NCBI GenBank assembly: GCA_040383945.1
Contig: JBEICN010000001.1
Span: forward strand, 1 to 61,988
Direction of reading: 5' to 3'
Source of the DNA: Candidatus Peribacteria bacterium
GTDB taxonomy: Bacteria > Patescibacteriota > Gracilibacteria > BD1-5 > UBA2023
Length of the DNA: 61,988 nt
Positions within the stretch are counted from its first letter, which is position 1. Each line of letters opens with the position of its first letter. The notes beneath the pieces are model-generated. The model did not search any database. It worked only from the letters and a program-made list of their open reading frames with translations, and was not told where the DNA came from. Below, piece by piece: positions 14,544-26,241 of this stretch. The translations under genes were made by a program, and so were the position numbers.

Positions 14544-14615
14544 GCTGGTAGATTACCATAGTTTTTTTGAAAAACATAAAAGACTTCTTGATAATCTTGA
14601 ATTTCATGTTCTCGT

Positions 14616-14649
14616 AAAAAAAGCTTTCTCGCACGAGAAAGCTTTTTTA
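14616..14649. terminator. bidirectional rho-independent terminator-like hairpin
   Basis: AAAAAAGCTTTCTCG-CA-CGAGAAAGCTTTTTT: a 10 bp perfect stem flanked by an A-run and a T-run. Confidence 0.5.
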
Positions 14650-14906
14650 GGTGTTTTTTGGTTGCGGTTTGCTGAACTCGCACGAACCGAATTTTTGTCT
14701 AACCCAAGGGCTTTTGAGGTGGATGAGGAATTCCTAAAATGAACCCTCATGCAAGCAAAGAAGACTTCGAGCGGATGATTTGGGAAAGGTGGAGATCAGG
14801 GAAGAAGTTTTACCTTGGAAAGCGTGGTGGTAAATCACGGCGGTCATGATAATTCGAGTTTCAAAAGTCGTGGTTCCGCCTATAATTCCAGCAACTCTTT
14901 CATCTT

Positions 14907-15746
14907 ATGAAAACTTCCAAGAAAATCCTCGTCCAAGAAGCCGAAATATCATTCTTCGGAAAAGGGGAATCGGATTTTATTTCCCTTACCGACATAGCCC
15001 GGACGAAGAATGCCGAAGACCCGAGGTACGTCATTCAGAACTGGATGAAGACGCGGTTTACCGTGGAATTTCTCTGATTTTGGGAACAAATCCACAATCC
15101 GGATTTTAACCGTGTCGAATTCGACGCGTTTAGAAACGAGGCCGGAAGCAACGCTTTCGTTCTTACTCCACAAAAATGGGTCGAATCAACGGGAGCAGTG
15201 GGAATCGTCTCGAAATCCGGCCGTTACGGTGGCGGAACCTACGCCCACAAGGATATTGCCTTCGAATTCGCCTCATGGATCAGCGCGGAGTTCAAACTCT
15301 ACCTCATCAAGGAATTCCAGCGCCTCAAAGACGAGGAAAGCGAGCGTCTGGCGCTTGGGTGGGATGTAAAACGCACCCTCGCGAAGGTAAACTACCGCAT
15401 CCACACGGACGCTGTCCAGAAATACCTCATTCCCGCAAGGCTTCCGGCGAATCTGCAATCGAACGTGTACGCGAGCGAGGCCGACGTTCTCAATATGGCG
15501 CTTTTCGGTATGACAGCCAAAACATGGCGGGAAGAAAATCCCGAAAAGGAGGGGAATATCCGGGATGAATCCGGCGTGGAACAACTCGTCGTGCTCGCGA
15601 ACCTCGAATCCCTCAACGCCGAATTCATCCGACAAGGCATTCCGCAATCGGAAAGGCTCGTAAAGCTCAATGAAATCGCCATTATCCAGATGACGGCACT
15701 TATTGGGAATCCAGCAATACGGAAGCTTTCATCTGAACAAAAGTAA
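14907..15746 (+). CDS. KilA-N domain DNA-binding protein (phage/mobile-element associated)
   Basis: ISLTDIARTKN...NWMKTRFTVEFL[TGA]FWEQIHNPDFN...SKSGRYGGGTYAHKDIAFEFASWISAEFKLYLIKEF matches my recollection of KilA-N family proteins. TGA at 15075-15077 sits where homologs have Gly (EFLGxWE). Stop TAA. Confidence 0.8.
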
Positions 15747-15768
15747 AAATTATCACTCACCATCCTTT

Positions 15769-16122
15769 ATGGGCATACATATTGAATTTAATCCTGATCT
15801 CGCACTCAGGAATGTTTCCGAATTTAAGAATGGAAAGCGAAAAATCGAGGAGTGCATTCCTGAAAATTTGGAAGTCGGGGAAGCCTACCCATTTCTAAAA
15901 AGCGGCCAACGAAATTATTGGATTCTTGGGGAAATACCGCTCATCGAAACGAAATGAGGCGAGGTATTATCTCGCCCGAAGGCTGGGATTATCATACTGG
16001 AAGCGACGCACTTCGTGGAAAATGATACCCTGTATACCCGAGGATTTTACAAGGTTGTGAGGGTTTTTCATGATGATGCGGTGCATTTCGAATGCTTCGA
16101 TATCGTCGGGACTCGAAAATAG
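15769..16122 (+). CDS. hypothetical protein (117 aa) inside the islet
   Basis: ATG at 15769, one TGA at 15955-15957, TAG at 16120-16122. G+C-rich like its neighbour. Confidence 0.45.
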
Positions 16123-16328
16123 TCCTGCAAGAAATTTTTCGCATACTATTTATGGACGAATTGCCTCCTGGAAGATGTTTTCGAGCGTTTCACGGTTAGT
16201 GTCACTCCAGTTTGGCGAACCAAATTGAAATAGACTCATTCGAACCTAATTTTGAAGTCCAAAAAAACCGCTTACCATAGCTGTAAACGGCCCTTTTGGA
16301 TTTCGTGAGAAATGATGGAATTCTGAAT

Positions 16329-16403
16329 TGGTTGCGGAGGTACGAATCGAACGTACGACCTCAAGGTTATGAGCCTTGCGAGCTACCACTGCTCTACTCC
16401 GCG
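16329..16403 (-). tRNA. tRNA-Met, initiator type (anticodon CAU)
   Basis: Anticodon loop CTCATAA. C1-A72 mismatch and an A11:U24 pair are typical of bacterial initiator tRNA. T arm GTACG-TTCGATT-CGTAC. Encoded CCA. Confidence 0.85.
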
Positions 16404-16552
16404 GTATAACTTACTTTGAATAAGTTCGTATATGATATGGATTATGGAGGAAAAGCAAGGCGATCTGCAATTTTGTCATTCCAACAGTTACATTTGAGTC
16501 TTCTCGAAAACTCTCCAACTTGAATGAAATGTCAATAATGGTAACTTATTTT

Positions 16553-16627
16553 TTGGTGCCAATGAGTGGAGTTGAACCACCGACCGCAGGGGTATGAATC
16601 CTGTGCTCTACCGCTGAGCTACATTGG
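16553..16627 (-). tRNA. tRNA with CAU anticodon (elongator Met or lysidine-modified Ile2)
   Basis: GCCAATG/CATTGGC acceptor, D arm GCTC-AGCGGTA-GAGC, loop TTCATAC, T arm GGTGG-TTCAACT-CCACT, encoded CCA. Confidence 0.8.
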
Positions 16628-16719
16628 CAAGTGGGCGGAGAATATGCAAAACTGTCTGAGAGTCAAGAAAAAGGGGAGAAAACGAGCGGGCAAACACCAG
16701 AGAAAACCGTGAATTTTAT

Positions 16720-16747
16720 TTGACTTCCAGGCCCTTTACTCTATCAT
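16720..16747 (+). promoter_or_regulatory. sigma70-like promoter upstream of fusA (TTGACT-16 nt-TATCAT)
   Basis: Hexamers at 16720-16725 and 16742-16747, 41 nt upstream of the fusA ATG. Confidence 0.35.
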
Positions 16748-16788
16748 TCGCGCGTCACAAACGAGGACACATTTTTTAATAATTTTTT

Positions 16789-18933
16789 ATGGCTATTGCG
16801 AGCGATCTGCGAAATGTCCGCAACTTTGGTATCTGTGCGCACATCGATGCGGGAAAGACCACTACTTCTGAGCGTATTCTATTTTACTCTGGTAAATCTC
16901 ACAAGATAGGAGAAGTTCACGACGGTGCCGCGACTATGGACTGGATGGAACAAGAAAAAGAACGAGGAATTACCATCACATCTGCTGCGACTACAACGAG
17001 CTGGAAAGGTATTCAACTCAATCTTATTGATACCCCAGGTCACGTTGACTTTACTATTGAAGTTGAGCGTTCCATGCGAGTTCTCGACGGAGCAGTTGCC
17101 GTTTTTGATGCATCTCAAGGGGTAGAGCCTCAGTCAGAAACGGTATGGAAACAGGCGGACAAATATGGAGTTCCACGAATTGCCTTTGCCAACAAGATGG
17201 ATAAAACCGGGGCATCATTTAAGATGACCCTCCAATCTATCAAGGACCGACTTACTGGACCAAACAAAATCCTCCCTATCCAACTTCCTATTGGAGAAGA
17301 AGGTGACTTTTCCGGAATTATTGACTGTGTGGAGAAGAAGGCCTACCGATTTGAGGGGAAGATGGGAGAAACCGTAGTTGAAATGGAAATTCCAGAGTCA
17401 TACAAAGCTGAAGTAGAAGCAATGCATACGGCTATTATAGAAAAAGCAGCGGATCAAGACGAAGTACTCATGAACGCCTATTTTGAGGCTGGAACCCTTA
17501 CCATTGCTCAAATCAAAGAAGGGCTTCGAAAAGGTACCGTTTCTGACAATCTCTATCTCCTCATGTGTGGTTCTTCCCTCATGAACAAGTGAGTTCAGCT
17601 CGTTCTCGACGCCGTAATTGACTACCTTCCATCTCCACTAGATATAAATAACGGAACCATTACCGGTCTTGATGCAAACAATGAAGAGCAGAACTTGACA
17701 TTCAAGCAGGAGGCAGGTGAACCTCTTTCCGCTCTTGCATTCAAAATCATGACGGACCCTTTCGTAGGACGAATCACCTTCGTTCGTGTATACTCAGGAA
17801 CTCTCAAATCAGGAAGCTATGTAATCAATCCGATTTCTGGACAAAAAGAGCGTATTGGCCGATTGCTCCAAATGCACGCCAATCAGCGACTTGAAATTGA
17901 CGAAATACCTGCCGGAAACATTGGAGCAGTTATTGGTCTTAAAGATACCAAAACCGGGGACACACTGTGTGACGATACACATCCAATTATTCTTGAGCGG
18001 ATGGAATTCCCTGAACCGGTTATCTCAATCGCGGTGGAACCAAAAACAAAAGCTGACCAAGAACGAATGGGTATGGCGCTTTCTAAGCTTGCCGAAGAAG
18101 ATCCTTCTTTCCGAGTTACCTCAAATGCCGAAACCGGGCAAACTATTATTCAAGGTATGGGAGAACTGCATCTTGAGATCATTGTAGACCGAATGAAACG
18201 AGAATTCAAAGTTGAATCTAATGTTGGAGCTCCTCAGGTTGCCTACCGAGAAACGATTACTCAGGCGGTAAAAGATCAAGAAGGAATACACAAAAAGCAA
18301 TCAGGAGGTCGAGGGCAATTTGGGCATGTAGTTGTGACATTTGAACCAATCACTCCAGAAGAACGAAGAGCTAATCCAGAAGAGCTCGTTGAGGAAAATA
18401 TCTTCGTCAACAAGATCGTCGGAGGAGTTATTCCAAGAGAATTCATTCCAGGAATCGAAAAAGGTCTCAAGAAGGCTTACTCTCGAGGTCTGATTGCGGG
18501 TTACCCAATTGTAGATGTCAAAGCCACTCTTACCTTTGGTAGCTATCATGATGTTGACTCAAATGAGCTGTCATTCCAACTCGCGGGTATCAAGGCCTTC
18601 CGAAATGCTGCAAGCAAATCTAAGCCAGTACTTCTTGAGCCAATCATGAAGGTAGAAGTAAATACTCCAGAAGAATATATGGGAGACGTTCTCGGAAACC
18701 TCAACTCAAAACGAGGACAAATTACCGAAATGACGGAACGTGGACTTGCAAAAATTCTTCGAGCCTTCGTTCCACTTTCAGAAATGTTTGGATATTCAAC
18801 TGATCTGAGATCTATGTCTCAGGGGCGAGCCACCTATGTCATGGAGTTCTCTCATTACAGCCAAGTTCCTGGAAACATTACTGAAAAAATTCGAGCAGAA
18901 CGAGGTGTGAAATTTGAAGACGACGACGAATAA
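16789..18933 (+). CDS. fusA: elongation factor G
   Basis: [21 protein letters not shown], and domains II-V. The single TGA at 17590-17592 aligns with the Gly of ...NKGVQ... Stop TAA. Confidence 0.95.
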
Positions 18934-18952
18934 ACATTTCTCGGGACACTTC

Positions 18953-18986
18953 AAAAATCCTTCAGTTTTCGGAAGGATTTTTTTAA
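18953..18986 (+). terminator. rho-independent terminator after fusA
   Basis: AAATCCTTC-AGTTTTC-GGAAGGATTT followed by a T-run. Confidence 0.6.
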
Positions 18987-19027
18987 GCTGAATAGCTCGT
19001 AGAATGAACTACAAATGCTTGATGAAA

Positions 19028-20599
19028 TTAGTCCTCCAGATTTCTCGGTTTCATTAACGGGAAGAGAACCACATCCCGCAAATTATTCTGTTGTGTAAGA
19101 AGTGCCAAGAGACGGTCAACGCCCATTCCCCAGCCAGATATAGGAGGCATTCCATACTCCATGGCGCGTATGAATTCTGCATCACCTGTCATAGCTTCTT
19201 CATCTCAAGCAGCGAGAGCGGTCTCACCTGCTCTAAAACGCTCTGCTTGATCGATAGGATCAACCAGTTCAGAATATGAATTCACCAGTTCCCATCCATT
19301 AATCACCAATTGGAAGGCATCTGCTTGATCTGAAAATATATCGTTGCGTCGAGCAAATGGCTTCAGCACTATAGGGTAATTGTAGAGAAATGTTGGGTGC
19401 ACAATTTTAGGACGCGACATTTTTTTGTAAAGATAATCGATGAGAGTGGCGAGCCCCATTTGGTCCATTCCTTCGATATCAATACCCTGAGATCGTATAT
19501 CTTTACGAAGTTCCATTACATCTGAATATTTTGAAACATCGATACCCGTATCTGATTTGACCAATTCAATATAGTCTATTTTAGCCCATGGGGTAGTAAA
19601 ATCTACATCTACCAGCTCCTCTGACTTGTTGAGTATTTTACGCTTTCTCTCAAGTTTGAGAGTGTCAAAAATATAATCAAACATTTTTTCTGTGAAAGCA
19701 ATGTTATCACGATATGTCCAATAATTGGCATTATGTTCTAGGTGCAGATGCTCTGGAAGGTGCGAGGGATCTTGTCATTCATTTCGGAATGCCTTCCCGA
19801 GCTCAAATATCTTATCCATTCCTGCCAAGTTCATTAACTTCAGTGGTATTTCATGCGATATTCGCAGAAAAACATCAATATCTAATGCGTTCTGATGCGT
19901 GACGTACGGTTGTGCCGCTGCTCCAGTTGCAGCATTTGTCAGAACCTGACCTTCAATTTCCATAAAACCCTCTTTCCAGTAAAATTCTCGGATTGTTCGG
20001 ATTAACTCAGAACGAAACCGAAATCGCTCCATGCTAGACTCATCAGTAATGAGATCCAAATAGCGTTCCCGATATTTAATTTCAGCATCCGCCAAACCAT
20101 GAAATTTTTCTGGTAACGGTCGGAGGGCTTTCCCTAGAAAAGTAAATTCAGAAACGAAGACGGTCAACTCTCCCTTATGAGTTCGAAATAGTTCTCCACG
20201 AACCCCAATAAAGTCTCCGAGATCGAGTAATTTTTCCGTGAACTTGAATGCTGTGATAGCATCTTCGCCCTCGCCCAATTGCTCTAGAGATCCGCCTCCT
20301 GCTAAAATCTTGCAGTTTTCTCGAGAAAACATTATTTGAATTCTTCCGCTATCATCTTGTAGATGGGCAAAAGCAATTTTACCAAAGCTTCGATATAGAA
20401 CTATGCGCCCGGCCGTTTCTATGTGTATGTTCGGAGCAGTAATAACTTCTTCGACAGAACGAAATGACTCGGTACCTCGAGCATAAATCTGACCAATATT
20501 TTCCTTTTTTCCAAAATTTTCGGGATATGGCATGACTCAGAGACTTCTGATTGTCTCAAGTTTTAGTTTTCGGACCGAAATTTCATCATTCCCTGACAT
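19028..20599 (-). CDS. lysS: lysine--tRNA ligase (class II)
   Basis: N-terminal [22 protein letters not shown]-fold region, class II motifs FRNE[TGA], and C-terminal GWGMGVDRL. True ATG at 20599, upstream of the track ORF. Stop TAA at 19028-19030. Confidence 0.9.
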
Positions 20600-20702
20600 A
20601 TATGTATTTGTAACAAATTATAAAATAATCCTATAAAAAATACGCAAAAAGTCAAAGGTGAGAGCTATTTGAAGGCGAAAATTCACCGAAATAAAAAGAA
20701 AG

Positions 20703-20730
20703 TTGATTGACCTTTAAAATACATTAAAAT
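20703..20730 (+). promoter_or_regulatory. possible promoter giving a leaderless mRNA (TTGATT-16 nt-TAAAAT)
   Basis: The -10 hexamer ends 7 nt before the ATG at 20738, so the predicted transcription start would coincide with the start codon. Confidence 0.3.
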
Positions 20731-20737
20731 CAGTTCA

Positions 20738-21370
20738 ATGAAAAAAATCAACAACTCACCTATGCTGATGAAAGCCTACCGCTATGTGTTAGGAATTCTT
20801 CAGCCAATAAAGCACTATTCGTATCACAATATTGGTCATACTTTGGACGTTTTTTGACGAGCTCAAGAACTATGAAAAGCTGAAAAAATACATGAAGAAG
20901 AATTAGAGGATTTGTTATTGGCAACGCTGTTTCACGATACTGGCTTTATTGAAGAATATGAACGCAATGAGGTTATTGGAGCTCGGATAGCTCGAGCGTG
21001 GCTACAGTCCGAGTGACATCCGGAACATCGAATTCTTCGAGTTGAACAACTGATTATGGCGACAGTGCTATTTTCAAAGACAAATAATCTTCTTGAGAAA
21101 ATCATACAAGATGCCGACCTGGATAACTTTGGAAGAGATGACTGCTTCAATAAAACTCTACAAGTAGAAAATGAGCTTCGTGAAATTTGAAAATTGGACA
21201 CAAAAACTATCTACACGATTTTTTGGAAACTCTTTCATGGAATCCAGTTTCAAACACCTACATGAATCAAAGAGCGCCAAGTGAAACTTGCGGAAAATGT
21301 CGCTCGATTTGAAAGCGTCTACCATGAAATCATGTGAACCCAGGGTGACTCGATACCATCTAAAATATAG
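20738..21370 (+). CDS. HD-domain phosphohydrolase
   Basis: YHNIGHTLDV ... LATLFHDTGF ... DADLDNFG metal-binding pattern. About five in-frame TGA. Stop TAG at 21368-21370. Confidence 0.7.
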
Positions 21371-21460
21371 CATACATGCTGAACTCGCAAATGGCCATGT
21401 GCCAACTTACATCAGGTTCTATCCAAAAACGCTCTCGGAATTTTTAGAGAAATACTCGGC

Positions 21461-23434
21461 ATGAAAAAATTTATTATATTCTGGTTTGCGTTATTTCTTG
21501 GTTTTAGCATTACGGCAGTGGCGTATGGATCTGACTTTTGATATCCATTTGCTCAAATTGCGAAACCAAGTTGTCGAAAAGAAGCATGGTCCACTTTGGA
21601 TGATACATGCAAAATGCCTCTTCCAAGAATTGTGAACGCAAATTATGAGTCATATAAAAACGATGCTCAATTTCGTAGGATATACACCGTTCTTTGGGGA
21701 GGAACTTACGATTACGGTTGGGATATAGGACTCGGAAGTCATCTCGGTGTCGATATCGCCACTTCCGCCGGCACCCCAGTTCTCGCCATTGCTGATGGCG
21801 TGGTAGATAGATCAGACTCGGTGAGTGGTTGGGGCAGTGTCATTACTATCAAGCATACGCTCGCGGATAAGACGATTATTTATTCCAATTATGCTCATCT
21901 CTCCCGCCGTGTGGTAAGCAAAGGAGATATCGTCCGGCTTGGCCAGAACATTGGAGAAGTGGGAAATACGGGGATTTCATATGGAAACCACCTGCATTTC
22001 CAAATTGATATTACCAATCAGCTTCATCCCTACTATTACACCTCTTGTGCCAAAGGAAAAAATCCTATTAACATAGTAAATGCTTGAGAATGCCGAGATT
22101 TTTTGACTACCCACACGATCGATCCGATAATGTTTATAGAAACTGGCACCATGTCAGTCATTCCGCCAAACGCAAAACTCATCCAAACTATCAAAGACAA
22201 GCCAAAAATCATCATTGAAAAACAATCAATAAAATCACGCGAGGAGATTTTGAACGAAGAAGCGGAAGAATTCTTAAAAAGTTATACCATCGGAGTAAAT
22301 CTCCCCTCTCGCGGAACTGCGGTAGTAGTAGGGACGCCATTGGAGTTCAATGTTGAAGTTCGTGATTTTAATAAAAATTTTAGCTCAAGAAGCCTTCCTG
22401 GTGCAGGAGTCAAGGTGAGTATTGATACAAAAAAAGCTGCAGTATTCCCAGATAACTTTACCCAGCTCTACGGCGGTGTGCGTCGAGTTTCCGTAACTCC
22501 AAAAAGTGCCGGTCCTATAGAAATAGTGTTTAGCATCTGAAAAAAAGAAATAGCTCGTAAAAGAATTTATGGAATCGCGAAATGATCACCCGTAATGACA
22601 AACGATTCGGAAACGCTCACGACAAAAAAATGATATATTGGGCAAGAATACGATCTCTATGTCTCCCCGCTCGTGCCAGGGTGATATTATGTCGGGAAAA
22701 ATGCCTACAAAGAAAGATACCGGCTCGAGGTTATTAAGGGGAAGGCAAAATTTTGCCTCAACGTACCAAAAGCTGGAACATCTTGCGACTCAGGATTGGT
22801 AGTGGAAATGATAGAATTTTCCAAAAAAGATACCCCAGAGGGATACTACGCCACAAGAATTATACCACTCGCACCGGGCAATATTGAAATACGAGTGACT
22901 CGAGTAGGACAACTCAACGGAAATTCTTTTAAAATTTCAACAGAAACGCCTATTGGGCTTGATAGAAGGCATATCTACTACGACACCATCATGTCCGGAC
23001 TCAGTAAAAATTTATGGAAAACACGAAGTGGATTTGTTGGGCAAGATCAAGAATTAACTACTGAAATGACCAAAGAATTTGTACTAAGAGTATTGAACTA
23101 TCGCATACTCAAAGCAGGAACAAATATGACAAAAAAGCAACTTGCCATCAATAACCGAGAGTTGTTCCTGAGAAACGAAAAATCCCTCGAATCTAAAATC
23201 TGGAGTCGTTGAGCATTCGCCGATATACTCCTCAAAAGCATGCGAGTACCCTTGGTAAAAAGTAAGCCCATATTAATGGATGAAAATGGAGTATATCAAG
23301 ACACTATATCTACTCTGAGAAACAACTATGGCTTCGAATGGCAAGATCAATTTGGAAAGCGGTATTTTCAAGCTGACAAAAAAATCACTATAGCTGAAGC
23401 TATGTATTTGGCAGAAGAAATCATGAAACAATAG
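21461..23434 (+). CDS. secreted M23 (LytM-type) metallopeptidase with a long C-terminal extension
   Basis: Signal peptide MKKFIIFWFALFLGFSITAVA. M23 motifs HLGVDIA and GNHLHFQI. Five same-frame ORF pieces joined over TGA. Stop TAG. Confidence 0.8.
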
Positions 23435-23436
23435 AA

Positions 23437-25404
23437 CTATTTCTTATTTTTTCGCTTTCTTCTCAGCTCCACCAGCTTGTCTCGAATTTCTGCGGCTAAC
23501 TCAAAATCAAGATTACTTGCGGCAACATCCATCTCCAACTCATAGCGACGGATGGTCGCATCGATTTTTTCAGATGGCAATTCCTCTAGATCCGCATCAA
23601 CTCTTTTTCCCTTAAGGCCTATTTCCTTAACACTGGAAATAATGGTTTGAGGCGTAATTCCATGCTCGACATTGTAGAGATTTTGTATTTCTCGACGACG
23701 CAGAGTTTCCCCTATTGCTTCTTCCATCGCACTCGATTGACGCTTATTGTGAGAATACATGATTACCTTACCATTCACATTTCGCGCAGCACGCCCGATA
23801 ATTTGCAACAGTGCACTCGTAGATCTCAGGAAACCGATTTTTTCAGCATCAAGAATACCGATAAACGAAACTTCTGGTAGGTCGAGACCTTCTCGTAGCA
23901 AGTTCACGCCAACGATGACATCTATTTTTCATAAGCGGAGGTCTCTGAGGATTTCCAGTCGTTCAATGGTTTCAATCTCTGAATGTAAATACTTTACTTT
24001 TATCCCATTTCCGGCGAGATATTCCGCGAGTTCCTCGCTAGATTTTTTGGTGAGAGTCGTCACGAGTGAGCGTTCATTGCGAGAGCGCGCCTCAATAATT
24101 TCGTGCAACAGCGAGTCCACCATAAATTCCATATCTTCTATGTACAACAAAGGATCAAGAAGACCGGTAGGTCGAATAATTTGTTCCCATACCTCTTGTT
24201 GCTTCACCGCCTCGTATTTTCATGGAGTCGCAGAAACAAATACCACCTGATTCATCTTGTTTTCAAACTCATCAAACTTAAGAGGACGATTTTCCAAAGC
24301 AGAAGGCAGGCGAAATCCATATGCAACAAGATTTTCTTTTCGTGCCCGATCTCCAGCATACATTCCCCCGATTTGTGGGATGGAAATATGTGATTCGTCA
24401 ATAAATGTGAGGTAGTCTTTTGGAAAGAAATTCAGCAAAGTAGACGGGGTCATTCCAGGTTTTCTTCCAGACAAATACATAGAATAATTTTCTACACCAT
24501 TCACATATCCGACTTCTTGGAGCATTTCCAAATCGTATTCTGTCTTCATTTTAATTCGCTCGGCTTCGAGCAATTTTCCCTGAGATGTAAAAAAAGCAAT
24601 CCGCTCTTCGAGTTCTGCTCTGATGAGCGGAAGAGCCTCCTCAATGACATGTGGAGAGGTGACAAAATGCTTGGCTGGGAAAATCGTAGCTGAAGTAACC
24701 GTATCTATTCTCTCGTTCGTCAATGCCTCCTTCCAAAAAAGTCATTCCAGCTCATTACCAAAAAAATCCAAAACCAAAATATGCTCACTCGAGCTCGGAA
24801 ATATCTCCAAAACATCTCCCATGATTCGAAACATACCCGGCTTAAAATCAGCAGTTGCACGACGAAATTGCAAATTGACGAGTTGCCCGATGATCGACTC
24901 GATGCTATATGACTTTCCCACCTCAAATCCTAGAGTTTTCCCATGATATTCATCCACCTCCCCAATACCATAAATACACGATACGGAAGCTACGATAATA
25001 ACATCTCTACGAGTAAGAAGGCTCTCGGTTGCTGCATGTCGAAGTCGGTCAATTTCTTCGTTGATAGTTGCTTCCTTTTCTATATACGTACCCGTTTTTA
25101 CCACAAATGCCTCTGGCTGATAGTAGTCGTAATAACTTACAAAATAATGAACCGCATTACTCGGAAAAAATTCTTTGAATTCTTGGGCAAGCTGGGCAGC
25201 CAATGTTTTGTTATGGGCAAGTACCAAGGTGGGGCGCTGAAGTTGCTGAATGAGATTTGCCATGGTAAATGTCTTTCCAGAACCCGTTACCCCGAGGAGA
25301 GTTTGAAATGTATTGCCTTTGTCAATAGATTGAATCAATCCAGCAATCGCCGTCGGCTGGTCTCCTGTCGGCTGATACTTGGAATGAAGTTCAAAATGCT
25401 GCAT
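23437..25404 (-). CDS. uvrB: excinuclease ABC subunit B
   Basis: [26 protein letters not shown][TGA][14 protein letters not shown], and a C-terminal UVR motif. Four same-frame pieces. Stop TAG. Confidence 0.95.
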
Positions 25405-25416
25405 AAAAAAGAAAGG

Positions 25417-26241
25417 TTACCCGAGAAGTCGCTGACTGAGCAATTGCCAGCAAGTTATATCAATAGTTTCCGCACGCGCATCCAGTCGAATTCCTAGTTC
25501 TGCAAACAGGGCTTCCAATACCTCTTTTGTAGCGATACCAGAGTTAGCCAAATTTGAAATTACTTTTTTTCTCGGTTGAGAAAATGCACAAGAAATGAGA
25601 CTCAAAAACTTCTTGGTAGCCTCTGGACTTGATCGATGCGTGCGTGTGCGAAAATATACTACCGCAGAATTCACTTTTGGGGGTGGAATAAAACTGCTTG
25701 CGTCAACTTCGAACAGTTTTTGTAGTATATCACAACGGTACTCCAAAGCGAGTGAAAGATACGAATTTTGATATCATTTTTGTTGAGTAATCTTGTCAGC
25801 CACCTCTTTTTGCATCAAAATTATCATTTCCGTAGGCGCGAAGCTCACTTCGTACAAAAAACGAAAGAGAATCGGCGAGGTAATGTAATACGGAATATTT
25901 GCGATAAGTATACTCGTTCGAGTGGGTGAAAATTTCAAAACATCCTGCTCAAAGATATCGAGTTTACCAGAAAAATGGAACTCCCCCCGCGACCAGCGAT
26001 CTTGTAGTATGGCAATCATTTTGGGATCATATTCCACCAAAGTAAGAGAAGCTGGGGAAGCTGTAATCAGCTTTTCTGTCAAAGCACCATACCCTGGTCC
26101 AACTTCGATAACGTCCGCACCGGAAATATCTATATAACTCGCAATTTTCAGAAGTGCCTCATCCTGCACCAAAAAATTCTGACCTAATGATTTTTTGGGT
26201 TCTATCGCGTATCTTTTGAGAAGATGTAAATGATTCGACAT
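25417..26241 (-). CDS. rsmA: 16S rRNA (adenine1518/1519-N6)-dimethyltransferase
   Basis: LGQNFL, VIEVGPGYGALT, and NIPYYITSPI motifs. One TGA. The start overlaps the upstream stop by 1 nt. Confidence 0.9.

Larger units (their letters stand above)
14668..16327. mobile_element. G+C-richer islet (decayed integrated element) at the 3' end of tRNA-fMet
   Basis: Visible composition shift. Bounded by the 10 bp direct repeat TTGGTTGCGG (14658-14667 and 16328-16337), the second copy being the 3' end of the tRNA. Carries a KilA-N gene. No integrase seen. Confidence 0.4.

Noticed and set aside
14739-14849. Small basic ORF (MNPHASKEDFERMIWERWRSGKKFYLGKRGGKSRRSG) at the left edge of the islet, and a 29 aa minus-strand ORF at about 16150-16239
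   Set aside because: They are too short, have no motif, and may be remnants of a degraded element gene. They are not annotated as CDS.
16553-16627. That this tRNA might be the UGA-decoding tRNA-Gly(UCA), because its loop contains TTCATAC
   Set aside because: Reading TCA as the anticodon would shift the loop to a non-canonical register, with no U33 and a pyrimidine at position 37, and would break the stem. The acceptor stem and A73 also lack Gly identity elements. CAU is the consistent anticodon.
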